Shown here: piece by piece, positions 1-29,859 of the stretch
Numbering within the stretch: the first letter of the stretch is position 1
How the letters are laid out: the number at the start of each line of letters is the position of its first letter
NCBI GenBank assembly: GCA_012295275.1
Contig: CM022665.1
Location: 37,882,001-37,946,000, forward strand
Source of the DNA: Chrysomallon squamiferum
Taxonomy: Eukaryota; Animalia; Mollusca
DNA length: 64,000 nucleotides
Direction: 5' to 3'
Translations under genes and position numbers: made by a program
Notes under the pieces: generated by a model
Database searches by the model: none
What the model was told of the DNA's origin: nothing
What the model saw: only the letters and a program-made list of their open reading frames with translations

Positions 1-3000
1 CCTCACTTGGCACAAACTGTGACTTGAAGTTTTCAATTCTTCCTTTGACTAACAGTTCTGCTGCCAGCTATTTAAAAAATAAAAAACTGAAGTAGTATAT
101 CATAGAAGACTTTGATTAGAGAAAAAGAAAAAGAAAAAAGATCAGAATTCTGAAGTTTTGCTAAATGAAAACAAATAAAGAAAACTGAAAACACAAATCT
201 GAAACAAAAATATGAAATTTATCATTCAAAATGAGAAACTCCCCCCAGAAATGACCTACAAATACCCAAGTTCATCATTTAAGGTATTTTATGCTATTTT
301 TTTCAAAAAGTCACTGCCACATTAAAATTTGTTTAACTGATACACCTAATTTTTATTTGTCATTTTCCACTTGACAATCATTTTGAAATAAATAAAACAT
401 TAACAAGGACAAGGTATTAGCTTTCAAAATATATTTTTGGATTTCAAATGAAGTTAAAACTAATGAGAATAATTTTTAAAAAAAATGTGTTTGTGTGTAA
501 TAAACTTACAAGCAAGGCTCCATGTACTTTGTAGGCATCTGCTTTTGCCACAGAATTTGGTAATGAATTGTCTTCCATGACAGAATTCAAACGTGGAATA
601 ATGACTGATAGATGTGGGACTATTACATCTTCTACAACCTAAAAAGTAAAAAGTTATCCCAATTTATATCTTCAGTGAAAGATGTTATATATTTATAAAA
701 AAATAAATAAAAATAAAAATAAAAATATCAGAAGATTATAAGGAGCTAAATAAATTAAGAAAACATTATAATGAAACACATATAGCAATGTAGAAATCTT
801 AAAAGACACATTTAGCTTCACATCTCAGCAAATGTATTACCTTATATTTCAGAAAGAAGGAGAAATATATATTAGACAGAACCTCATAACTGCCTCTTTG
901 CCAGACTTGTTTTATATCGTATTTTTGTTTTCTGTGTAGTGAATTATATAATATTCACAAAACCCTTATTTTTATTTGCCCATTTAAAGCAGAATGTCTG
1001 TTACATTTTATTTTATTATATTACGGTAATACTTAATTAGCTATCTTGTATAATCATGTTTATAATTTATATTTTTACATTTCTTAAATGTTTACCTAAT
1101 TAATGTCAGAAAATGGGGTAAAAAACACAAAAACAAAATAACAGAGCATATGCAGACATACATATATAATTAGGGGAAGTTCCATTATTTAATAAACTAA
1201 GAAACACTGGGGTTTAACAAAACCAAAATGACATTAAAGTTGCAAAGTAAATTCAGAAAGGCTGTCTGCAGAGGTGTTTACTGAACACCCATGTGATGGT
1301 TATATAAGTAGTCAGCACGCGTTTTGAACGAGATCTCTTTGATCAGTGCCCTTCTTGTGACACGTTGTCCGAGGACTGTCTGCACAAGACAAAGGACCAC
1401 TCAGGCAGTGGCTATTATGTTTTAATGTTTTTTGTATGTAACATACATGTTGAGTGATTGAAGATAGCTAAATCTATTACTGTTGGATTCTTATTGTGTT
1501 ATTCTGTGGTATATACTTGCGCTTAAAACTAGGATAACGTATGCTAATAATTAAAAGATTAGTTAGAAAGTTAAAGTAACCAACTTGGCTTAATTAGTTT
1601 AGTATTATCTATCAAAGCTATTTGCTTTTATAGTGTATTGTCGAATTGTACGATTTAACTATATGTTACCTTTGAGGGTTAATGTATGTAAAAAAAAAAA
1701 ATATATATATATTTTTTTATATATATATATAAAACAATTATCCATATTGAATTCTTGTTTGTGTTATTATTCTTTAGTGGATACAGAAAAGTCATTTAGT
1801 AGTTTAAGCTGTCTCAGATTATTAACACCTTGTCACTTGAAGCTATTAAAGTCTGGTACCTTTTAGACATGACAAGCCAAATTTCAGGTATTAGACTAGT
1901 CATCACGACAATCGGGACAATGAAAACAGTAAACAAAATAAATAAAAAATCCCCACCTTTCAGTCTTTCAATAATTTTAATGTTAATAATTATTTGAATT
2001 TATTGAATTTGTTTTTTACCTTGTAAATATTAGAGAGATTACACCTAGGAAATTATTTCAGATTAGTTAATCTGTGAAGTCACCCTTGGTCATACCCAAC
2101 CTAAGGTTCCATAAACAACTGACTATATTCATACCTGCATTTAACCATTAAATCTACAAGATGAACCAACTAATTTGCTAAATTATTTTTTTCACTGTAT
2201 TAACCAAAAATACAAACCTGGCATCCTAATGCTAGAAGAGCCATGACAGCACCGTAGTGTGAACAGTGAGGTCTTGTAAGGTCATAAAGAGCATCTTTTA
2301 AAGACTTGACTGTGTTGTATCGCAAGTGGTTTACTGGACTGTTCCATTTGCTGCAACAAATAAGACGTATCTTTCATTAAACTAGCAAACACTTAATATA
2401 AATAAGTTACAACTATGAACCAGTATCACTTCTTGGGAAGTAATTTCTTAATATTTTTTTTAAATATTTATTGGCAGAATGGAAATTTTAATACAATTAT
2501 TTCATTCTTGCAATTAAACTTGACTGGCTCAATATCACAGAAAATCTTATTGATAAATATAGGTTGAGTAATTAGCATTTTATATATATATATATATATA
2601 TGTATATGTATAGCATACACATATGTTACAGGGAATATACATAATTGCTGAAATGTTCAGGCATTATCTGTAGTACATAATCCCTGAAATGTATAATAAA
2701 GGATAGCTATGTCAGGGCCTGTAGGATACAAATCTATTCCTTATTTTTGTCTCTTTTTTAATTCTGGAACAATGAAGAATAACTGTGTTTTCTAAAATCT
2801 TTCTAGCTAACTCTAAGGAATACTATTAGGGTACTAATTACAATTTTGTGGAATAATTGCTGGATTCTCAAGTTATCATTGAAGGAAAACATCCATAAAG
2901 ACAAAACATAATTGTCACCTACCTTCTAATTATATTATAAACAGAAAGCTTACTTGACTATTTTAGCTAAAAGATAGGCAGCATAGTCACGTAATACCCA

Positions 3001-3898
3001 GTGGTCATTTCGTGGATTAATTGATGCAGCTAAAGGCTCAAGCACACAATACATGACACCCTGAACTAGCACATTGAGCTGAAAAAAACCCATCAAAACC
3101 TGTCACAAACTAATCAGTAATAAAGCACAATAAAATTTAAAAAATGAGTAAAATTATCTTATCCACAGCAGATATCTGTAAAAAAAAATATTCTACTAGT
3201 ACCAGACAAAAACATATTCTGTAATAACTGTATGTAAACCCATTTTTAATTTTGTTTTAAACATTAACCTTAAATAAAAGATTAGACATTATATATATAT
3301 ATAATTATACACACACAATTAAAACTGTTAAAGCTTACATAAGGTTGTGGTTCAAAATTGAGATATGTGTTGTTGATGAGCGCATTTGCAGTATGAAGTA
3401 GTGAGATCATCTGAGTAAGATCATGGCTGATAGCTCGAACCTGAAAATTTATACATTATTATGTAAATAAAATATTATTCTTAATAAAATTCATAACATA
3501 TAAAATGTGGATTTATTTCTTAGTCTTTACAAATTATTACTCCAGCAGCACAAACTGGGCTCAAAATAAGACTTTATTAATTAAAACAAACATAAAATTA
3601 TAAAGTTTTTTCATCTTCTAAATATTTAAATTCAGTAAACACACACACATACCCAAACATAACATATTTACATAAAATAATCTGATTGTTTTTTAAATAT
3701 CAGTTTTAATGAAAAATCAGGTCATTAATAATTTAAAAGCTCTCTTGACAGGGAATTTGCATTGGTTGGTTACTGACTCACCCCATTAGCAATGAAGTTG
3801 ATGAAGTAGGACAACAATGGAGTTATGTTTGGATTAGTTCGAAGATCATTAAGTGCTAACTGAAAAACAAAACATATGGATAGCTAAAAAATGACAAA

Positions 3899-3929
<31 letters not shown>

Positions 3930-6900
3930 AATCATCATTTTTAAAAATAAATAAATATATAAAATAATTTCAAATTACATTCAGACCATTATTACTGTTT
4001 CAATATTAGAATCAGTTTTTGTATACAGCTTTCTGTGTTATGAATATTTAATTTATCTATGTATTTCATATTCTAAAAGGGACAAAACTCATTGAATAAA
4101 GCAATACATAGAATTCTGTGTTGAATATTTTTAATTCAGAGTATGTCCTTATTTATTAAACATTAAGAATGAACTGCCAAAAAATTAATAAAAAAGGTTT
4201 TGAATACAGAAGACACTGAAAATGATAGAACAAGTAAACTAAATTAGTTTTGTTAATAACTATCCCAACTCAACAAACTAGGTTTTATTTTTAAACCATA
4301 TTCAAACTTTACCACATCTTTAAAACAAAACAAAAAAATAAAAAAGTAAAAAAGTAAAAAAGTAAGAAATAATAAAAATTAAATAAACATAACAGAACAG
4401 AAACTTTATTTTTCTCAGTGCATCATTTTACACCAATAGTTATTTAGTTCATGTTTTCATACATGATAAGTCATGAGAACAAAATAATGACTCCTTCAGT
4501 GACGAAAGTGCCTCTTCAAACAATTGGCTGAAAATCTTAGTAGAATAAACCCTATAATTTTTTCCCCAGAAGACAGCAGTATATACAATTTCAGGTACTG
4601 TAGCACAACTAGTGAAACAAAAAAACCCTAAGATATTTATTTTTCCCCCTTTCTCAGCCTCCTAAAAGATCAAACAAAGAGGGATTTTGTCTTCAATTTG
4701 AAACTGAAAGACTAAATTTTATACTATGAAATATGGCTGCCAACAACCTCTTCTAAGACAAAATGTTTTTTTTTCAACTTCACTGTATTTTGCTACAGTC
4801 CCTTAAAAATGCTGTGCACCATTCTTGTGTAGGAATGATACCTTGCATGAGGATATCAGCCAAAAACGAGGCAGAAATGGTGGAAGAATAATTGCAAACG
4901 CTATTTTGTAGGTTGCACCAACATCCTTGTCTGTCTAAAAGGTGGAATGGCACAGGAGTGCATTACTGTCAGAATAAAGTATTGGCAGACAGTTTTTACA
5001 CCATTATTAGGTGGACCAAATGGTGGAAATCTGTAGATAGGCAGAGAACTCCGTTCACTGTTACTTTAATACCTGGGCAGTTTCTTCTTCTCCTGCTATA
5101 ATAGCTTTTGTAATATTGTTGTAATACAAAAGTTGATCTTCATTAATTTCCTTCTTGATGTTCAGCTTAGCTGAAAGATAGATGAGAAACATTTTACAAC
5201 AGTTTATTTATAATTAGTTTTAAACAATTAACAACATTGTCAGCTGTTGTGAAAAGGTCATAAATAATTCACATACAAAATTTTAATTTAATAAAATTTA
5301 ATATATGCATTTTTAACACAACTGTTAAACATAATAAATAATGAAATATGATATTGTTCTGGCATGAAAACAAAATAGATCCCAGCCATTAAACTGATAT
5401 TTTAAGTCATTATTTTACCCTTATTTTTTATATTTCTTTTTAGGTCAGCTTAAAGGCAGGTGCTATTTGAGTGTCATGAAATCAAGTTGTTGGGTGTTAG
5501 CAGCCATCTATATCCCATCGGACATTAAGTTTTAACTGAAGAATGTCAGCAACATTGCATTTAAACTCACGCAGTCAGTGCGAAAATGTAAGTGAAACAA
5601 GATGATGATAATAATACGTGGCTTTCTATATTCCTTGTTCACAAGTGCAACATTCACAATGTTTCTCTGCTATCTGCTGCACTCAAAATATTTGATTAGG
5701 TAAAAATACTACAGGGAAAAGTTATGATTTTTATGTAAGCTTAATGGATGGGAGTACCATAAATCATGTTATTTTAGGCATAAAAAATGACTTCAGCTTA
5801 ATGGCCTGGACCTACGGAATATTAAACATAAAGTAAACTTAGCCATAATTGATTATAACACACATAAATCTATTAATTCAAAATTAACTACCTATGTTTT
5901 GTGGCTTTAGTTAATAAATAATCTGAAGGCAAAATGAAAAATAAAAAGTAAAATGGGAAATAAATTAGTTCTAAAGTTTATTACAGATGAAAGAGTCTTA
6001 TGGCCAATTTTCCAAAAATTAAATCTGAATACCAGTAATCAACAAAATTAAATACTAGATGTATCACCTGATCCTTGTTGGCTGGAAGTTACCTTCTGAA
6101 TTCCTTCCACAGCCAACCATTGCGCTGAAACATTTAATTTATGTAATTCATCAATGCAACAGCTTAGAATCATATCAGATAAATGGAAGGTGGATGAACA
6201 AGTGCTGATAGCAGCTGGTGTGATTATTGATGTAAAAAAAAAAAGGTGATCAATTTAAATAGGAAAACAATTTTTACACTAATTGTTCAGCATCTGGTAA
6301 TTTTATGTAAATTTAAGTATAGTCTACTGGAACAGCTGTGTGCTACTGCAGCTAAAAATGAATAAATTAAAAATTTCCAAAATATATATTTAAACTCTTA
6401 TAATTTTTAAATACATGTAAACACAAAATACGTGTATTTATTACTGACTAAATCAGTACATAATGTAGATGTTACAGTATTTTTTTTTTTTTTTTTACCT
6501 TTTATTGATGTTTTCCCAAGATTTTTAGGAACATAACTATTAAATACAATATTGGAAAAGTTTGTGTCAAGATCTTCAACAAAATGTAGTTCTCCTTCTC
6601 GTGTCTGTCGAAACTGTGTTGGTTCCATAGATCCATGTCCAAATACTGGCTATAAAGACACAAAAAGTTTATTTAAAAAAACATCACAAAAACAAAACAA
6701 ATGTTTAATAAATCGTATATTTAAATTTTTCAAAAATTCGCTTTTCATAATTTCTTCATTACTTTTATTTTCTTTCACTCTCATTTAATTTCAGAAACAT
6801 TTTATGAAAGCTACTGTATTTCACTTAGGAATATCAATGCTATACATAAAATCAAGGCAATGTTTAAAAATGTCTCAGTCCATAAACTAATAACTTATCA

Positions 6901-7414
6901 GTGAATAAAATGTGAAACAGTAAAAAATATATTTAATTTGTTTTTACCTGTATATCACTTTGTCGTAGTGCCTTATTGAAATCTTCAGTTGTCAGCCTCC
7001 GACGTTTAGCATGTTTCATGAACTGAGTACAACACTGTAAAAAAAAAAAAAAAGTATTTCTATCACTGTATAACTGTTGGTAAATTTCATTCAAAGAATT
7101 AAATTATAGGTGGGCAAAAACGGGAATCCACACACACACACAGACACACACACACACACACACACAGAGCTTTATTAGAATTACATTTCAGGTTAAAAAC
7201 ACACATGCAGATTTTAAAACTTATTTACCATTGTTATTTCTCGGAGTCTATAGCTCACATCTTCTCCAAGCATAGCAGCAACATCATCAGGGAGATCAGA
7301 AATACCTGCTGCCTCAGCCATCATTCTTATAGACTCCTTGGTAACAATGGCATATCTTTTTTCATCAAGTAGCTTCTTTTCCTCTCCTGAAGGTGCATTC
7401 ATGTCGGAGGCCAT
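1..7414 (-). CDS. TAF6L: TAF6-like SAGA/PCAF complex subunit (TAF6L), spliced, 3'-partial
   Basis: Coding exons (minus strand) with GT-AG boundaries and consistent phase: 7229-7414, 6948-7034, 6499-6649, 6068-6124, 5073-5170, 3782-3859, 3339-3440, 2954-3078, 2218-2350, 510-638, <1-67. The translation has the histone-fold segment 'LGEDVSYRLREITM..QFMKHAKRRRLTTEDFNKAL', 'REGELHF' and 'YCVLEPLAASINPRNDHWVLRD', which I recognise from TAF6L. Confidence 0.92.
1170..1910 (+). mobile_element. Possible solo-LTR or other repeat insertion in a TAF6L intron
   Basis: More CpG and GC than the surrounding intron, TATATAAG near 1301 and an LTR-like end ...CATCACGACA at 1910. No TSD found and the 5' boundary is unclear. 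Confidence 0.25.
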
Positions 7415-7427
7415 TGTTATGGTAATA

Positions 7428-7472
7428 TTATCTTCTCAGTGTTGTATCATATGTGGCCAATATTGTCATCAT
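7428..7472 (-). other. Short upstream ORF (MMTILATYDTTLRR*) in the TAF6L 5' leader
   Basis: ATG immediately after the acceptor at 7472; TAA ends 13 nt before the main ATG; out of frame with the main ORF. Confidence 0.45.
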
Positions 7473-8109
7473 CTGAAAATTAGTAAATGTATAATGTTTT
7501 TTCACAAAGCACATTAATTTAGAAGAGGCCCCAAATAATTTCAAAATAACAGAATTTTACAAATAAACTTTTATTTCAGTTCTTCATTTCATTCACTTGT
7601 TAACTACACATCAAAGCCAGCAGTGACTATGAGAAAATTGTTCTCTGTAGATCACTTCTTGTTATTTTAGTTTAATCTCTGGAGATACAGATAACATTAA
7701 TACATCTTAGTACCTAGTAAAAATTAAATATATAATTTTCCAATTAATAGTTTTCAATAAATTCATTTATTATTATAAAACAGAATATGCCAAGTGGTAA
7801 AGGAACAGACGATAAAAAGGTTATTTCTAAAACAGATTTTACCAAGGCTAAAAATAAAATGAAGGTTTACTGAACATAATTTGTGACATTACCAGATATA
7901 TATATATAAATTCTATTTGATTTTTGTGGTGTCCATAGAAACTTTTACTATTATAAACAACTGAGGCTTGAGTCAACAGTAATTTGTCGATTTCATCAAT
8001 TTGAATTTGATTATTTTGTGCTAATCGACTAGTGCAATCGAGTTCCTCAAACATTGCGCTATACATGTACATTAAACATATGACAGCTCAGAACTGCATA
8101 CAACAGGTT

Positions 8110-8530
8110 TAATATTAACACGTCTGCTTTTAAAGAAAATTAAATTTTAATTACAAAGAACAATTATAATTTTATTTTGTGGAAATCTGAAATGCGTCTG
8201 TCATACGGCTATACGACTCAGTCTGTCTCACCTTCCAAGACGCCACGACAATTAAAATTTTCTATTGAAGTAACTGAGAATTGGCAAACACTACATTATC
8301 ATTCACTTATTCCATAATTATTTACATTTTAAATTGAAGAACGCAGTTAAACCATAACGAAAACACTGAAAGAGATCTAATCGTTACTTTTCCGCCATAC
8401 TCTTTCTTCTTTTTTCATTTTTTGTCCATAGACCTGGAGCATACGAACATATTCAAATCGTAATAATTTTATTATTTTATGGATCTTTGCATACAGTTGT
8501 GAAAATAATGCTTGCCCGATTGGTAAGTAT
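8110..8530 (-). promoter_or_regulatory. Probable TAF6L promoter and non-coding first exon
   Basis: Local CpG retention. Minus-strand donor AAG|GTGAGA with the exon ending at 8232, a YY1-like ATGGCGG near 8392-8398, and an acceptor TTTTCAG just upstream of 7472 opening the ATG-bearing exon. Confidence 0.45.
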
Positions 8531-9859
8531 TTTGTTTCTTCCTTTTTTTTTTTTTTTTTTTTTTTAAATATAACAGTAGTAACTCTGCTCCGATAATTAC
8601 TAATAAAATTGGTTTGGCTTTCTCACGTAAATTGCTCCACATGATTTGGTGGATCCAACTTAAGTACAAATTCAAAGCTTGAAGAAAAAAAAAGTTTAAA
8701 TGTTATGTATTTTATTGTTTACTGTAATTGTAATTCATGTATTTAAAAGCAAGGTAATTTTGGTGAAAATGCAGTATTTGCTAAAATATTATTTAAACCA
8801 TCAAGATTTCAAAAATAATCAAGACCTGTATTAATATTCATTTTTGTGACGGGCAATTAATTTAGATATGTGATAAAATTTTCAAAAATATCATTTTCCT
8901 ATAAAATTATATATAATCAGAAAGAGCAAGAGAGAGAGAGAAGAAAAATGAAATGAAAAGAAGAAGCAGACTAAAATGACACCACGATATTTTTTATGAC
9001 ATTGATTTGAAAAACTTTACGAATTTTTATCTGAATACAATATGCCAGTATTTTTCTACCATAATCTATGGAAAAACTGATTGATTTCTTTCATTTGAAT
9101 ATCTAAATATATTCAAACGAATGTACATATATTTTATGTCAAAATGAAGCTTTAGATGAGTTCTAGACCTATACAGTATTTGTTACCATGTTGCTAACAT
9201 TCATGAATTTTAATTAATTAATTAACTGCACTAATTAGCTCAAAGGTACCTTACGTCTTAATTATGTAATTCTCAAAAACTCCACAAATTAAAACTGTAT
9301 TCAAAAAGATCATTTTATAAGACTGGTGAATTGTACAGGCTTTTACATTTTCAAGTATTTTGCTAACAATTTTTTACCCCATATATATAATTTTGAAACG
9401 GTAAATTTGTCTTTTGCTTCTCCGTTATTTATCGAAGACTACATGTCAAAAAAACAAAACAAAAAAACGAATAGATAGCTTCTTATCTTTTATTATTATT
9501 ATATATTTTATTTTACCCTAAGATTTAACCATTTATTAAAATATTATATTTTATCTATATGAGGAAAACAACAGTTAAAACATTTAACATCTGACATATA
9601 CAACATTATATAAAAATAAATTGTATATTGCCTTGTTATCCCGAAATATCTTTTTTTTTCATTATTTAAATTTCTGCTCTGTCCTAGACCTTGGTCGTTC
9701 TAGGAGTTTATTGACTCAGCCAAAAATATTTAAAACTTTTAGCATTAGAACTTGAATATTATACAAAGTTGACAGGCCTATTGATATTTATGATATTTTT
9801 CGTTGTTAAAATTAATAAAATATCATTAATTAATTTTAATACAAAATAAAGTTATCTGG

Positions 9860-10300
9860 GTCATGGCCTTAATTGTAAATGTCCTAGACCCAGAAAATCA
9901 AGGTTACAAAGACAAGGTCGTATCGAGACTTCTGCTTCAGCATTTTGGGACTGACAGTCCAAAGGTCAGCAGTCGTCACGAACAGGCTGCAGGTAAACAA
10001 CGTTTGCGTCTGGACAGATAACGTAATAGAAGACGGAGATAAATTTATTCTGCAACAGGTAATGCATACAACCTCTGTGCGCAACGGTGTTTGCATCGCC
10101 ACTTTAGCTGTCAGTGGCAATAATGCGCATCTCACTATCTGTGTACGTTACAAATTACGATACTAGAGTTTGGAAAAACTGTTATTAATTTTCTGTTGTG
10201 ATATCTTCGTTTTGTCATTGACCTAATCAGGGCAGAACGCACATTTATTGACAATAATTTAGCTTCGCTATCAGTGCAAGCGGACCCGTTTTTATGAAAG
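9860..10300 (+). promoter_or_regulatory. Probable PC promoter and non-coding first exon region
   Basis: CpG-retaining island upstream of the PC acceptor at 11585 (TTTTCAG). Contains a DR1-like AGTCCAAAGGTCA at 9956-9968. Confidence 0.45.
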
Positions 10301-11600
10301 ATGTAGCATTTTTATATACACATTATGGAATGGATTTTTTTGTTAAATTTTTAAATTTTAAATTTTTTAAAAATTATTATTATGACTAGAAATATAATTA
10401 AAATTATGATTATTAACTAAAATATAGAACAAATTAATTTCCACTTTTAATTAAGTCAGTAAATGTAATCTTGTTGTATTTAATGCAAACAAATATCAGC
10501 ATTTTTGTGTACCTTAATTTGGCTTAAAACTTAAAAGCTCTCATTAATAATACATGTACCTGACACTGACAGATTACGTTAATTTCCACATTTAAGTAAT
10601 TCAGTAAACATTGAAATCTTATTATGATTAATACAAACAATCACTATATTTGAATGCATAACAGTAGCAAATTCATACGTATTGTTTTAATTAATTTTAG
10701 TATATAAATTTAGTTTAAAACATTTATTATTATTATTATTATTATTATTAAAAAATTTTACTTAAGAAATTCCCATTTAAAAATTTCAAAGAAAGTTTAC
10801 TCATGAAATAGTATACACTACTTTGGGATCAGTTTTTATTTAATTAAAATTATTAAAACAAAATAATAATAATAAAAAAAATTAAAAAGGATTGTTCAAA
10901 ATTGTGTTATTATTTTTGCAACATTAAATACTATAACAATAATTATATTTCAGAAAAATTGTTTGTTGCCAGTATCACAGTATTTGCTGAAAATTATTAA
11001 CTGAGAGTTTTAGTTAAAAATGTACAAAATTTAGTCCCAATTTTTGCAATATTCTTTATTATATTATGCAAGTAAAAAAAAAAAAAGTAAATAAACACTG
11101 TTTATTAGTCTGTTCATTAGTCCAAAGTACACTTCTAAACTGTTTGTTTTTCTTGATTTATCATTTGAAACCAAAGACATCAAGTGCCCCTTTGATTTAT
11201 GACCTCTAAATAAATGCATTCTTACAACCCATATCATACACCAGTCTGTGCCCTTGAAACCTCAGTAAACAGTGTATCACGTTTTTATCTGAGCAGGCAC
11301 ACGTTTTCACTACCGAGACAGTATATATATAGCAACAGTGCTACAGTAAAAAGAAAACAACAACATCATATCTACTCTATCATTATAAACATATGCAGGA
11401 ATTAAAATATTAGGAGTTACATTTTTCGTTATAAATGGTGTTTCAGGATAAGTTAAAAAAATAGGTTATCATCTATGTTTTTAATTAAAGAAGAAAAATA
11501 ATGATATTTAATCATTATTGATGCCACAATTGATTTGTCTCATGGTATATCATGATTGATCAGTGAAAGTTATATTAATTTTCAGTTTATCTAAGAGAAG

Positions 11601-27517
<15,917 letters not shown>

Positions 27518-29809
27518 ACCAATAAAACAGAAACAAGAACAGGTTGTGGGCACAATGGTTTAAAAAGACATTTGGACTGAAAACGGTAGAAAGACCAATT
27601 TGTTATTCGGAATATTTTTAGTTTTTGAATATTTAACAAGATAAGGAAGTTTGGAAGAATAAGAACTAATGTGACATGTTATTCAGTACTGCAGAACATT
27701 TAATATTAAGCAAAAAATTTAAAGTATAAAAACTATCAACATCAAGAGGTTATTTAGTTTAAGTAGAAAAAAATAAGTGGAAATATAGAAGAGTTTGATA
27801 AGAATTTTAAATATTAATGAAAGACAAAATAATTTAACTGACAAGAATAACTATATATGTTATTTAATTTATTTCATCTTTCATTAGTATTTTCCTAAAT
27901 CATTTTATAGCAAGATGGCCTATTTGTTAAAATTTTTTATTCATATATGGACTGTGAAACGGATGTAAAAAGAACTGACAACAGAATTCCTGACTATAAG
28001 AGACATATGACCAAACTGAACTGTTGCTTTCTTGTTAATGAATCCAGTTTTGCCCAATTCATTATTCTAATGGGATATCTAAAGTTATTAAATCAAATCT
28101 GGTTGATCTGTGAAAAATCTAATATAAGAACTGTGATAATAATTTTGCTCCTAGTTCAGGTCCTTCATTTAATTTTGTTGCTATTTATTTAGCATTTCCA
28201 TTATTTTCTTATACATTTTCAGACTGTAAATATTATTATATATATCAGATAGTTTTTCCTATCTTTCTTGTGTATAACTGGAACATCTTGCAAGAATAAA
28301 TCGTGTATTTTGATTATATTTGACAACTTGATTTTTTTTTCCAATTGTTCTGATACAGGGTTATTGCAATAAATTTTCATTTTGAATTCTAATTTCAGTT
28401 TGAACTGAATTCTAATTGTAATTTTTAAAACCAATGTTTATATTATAGTGTATGTAAAATGTGACAGGATTCACAAGGAATGGGATTTTAAAAACAAATG
28501 TTTTATTTTGTTAGCCTGTAGAATATGTAGATATGTATCACCATTATTTAATGCCTAGCATAAATTTCGTAGCATACTTATAGAGTCATTATGTTATCAG
28601 TAGTTAGTTATAATGATTTAACATTATACAGCTTTTATACTGATATCACTAGAGAGTTCTCGTGTGTACCTTTAATGTAATCTCTGATAGAGAAAAAGTA
28701 AGTTAAGGCATCAGATGCATTGCTTTGTTTTGTATGGAAAATAAATAGTGTTACTAGAGTTTGATGTTTAGTAAAATTGTGGAGCTGATTCCTTGAACAT
28801 ATCTCAGTAAAATTTACAGTAAATATTTATTCAGTATTAATTTTTATATATTCAGGATTTTCTAAATCTTGTACTGTTTTTCATCTTTTGAAAGTGTTCA
28901 TTGTAAAAACTAAAATAACATTCATCCAATGTTTTTTGCTTAAAATTAGTGGATTTAAAAAATATATATTATTTTTTATTTTTTTTCTGTTTAAACATTC
29001 TTCATTATGAAAACTAAAAATTTAGTTTTGGTCAGTGCATATTAGTAGCTGTTAAGTTGTGAAATTTTGGGTAATAAATATTGGTGTATGAAAAGTTACA
29101 GTATGTTTGTCATATAAGAAGAACATTTTCAAGTTTATAATATAAACTTTAATAAACTTGGCTGATAAATATAAACTGATCACATAAACATTTTTTTTTT
29201 TTTTTTTTAATAAATCTTCACCATCTGTAAACCACTAATAACAACAATTTACTGCCATCTGCAAGTATCTTTTGACAAAAAGAAAAAGTTAGTCAAATTG
29301 TAATGTACTTAAATTAATGGCAGCATTGTTACATTTAAAGAATTGTTCATGTAAAGTACATCTGAATATGTGAGAAGAATACAGATAATTCCACCTTTGT
29401 TAAAATATTCTGAACTGTTACTGTTGTGTCCACTTGACTGTTTTGTTTGTTGATTGTTATTTCCCAATGAGACTGTGAATATAATTTTACATATTTTGTT
29501 TTACAGTAATGTGTATGAATTACTTTATATATTATGTAAAATTTTGAGCTGTTTGTGTTGTTTTTCTTTATAATGTTGAAATCATTGTTACATGAGCAGG
29601 CTTCTTATGGCATAAACAGAATTTAATTTCTAGGTAATCGGGTATAAGTTAGTTTTGCTTTTGTTTTTAAATATATATATCAAAATGCACATCCATGTAT
29701 GCACATGCACAGGCACATACACATTTAAATCCTTTTGGACTAATTGTTTCTGAATTGAAATCTTACTTTAGATGCTAGTTATTTCAATGTTATCTTTTTG
29801 TCATGTTGG

Positions 29810-29859
<50 letters not shown>

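Noticed and set aside
9884-10166. Overlapping 73-83 aa ORFs upstream of PC
   Set aside because: Non-ATG starts and no recognisable motif; better explained as GC-richer promoter sequence.
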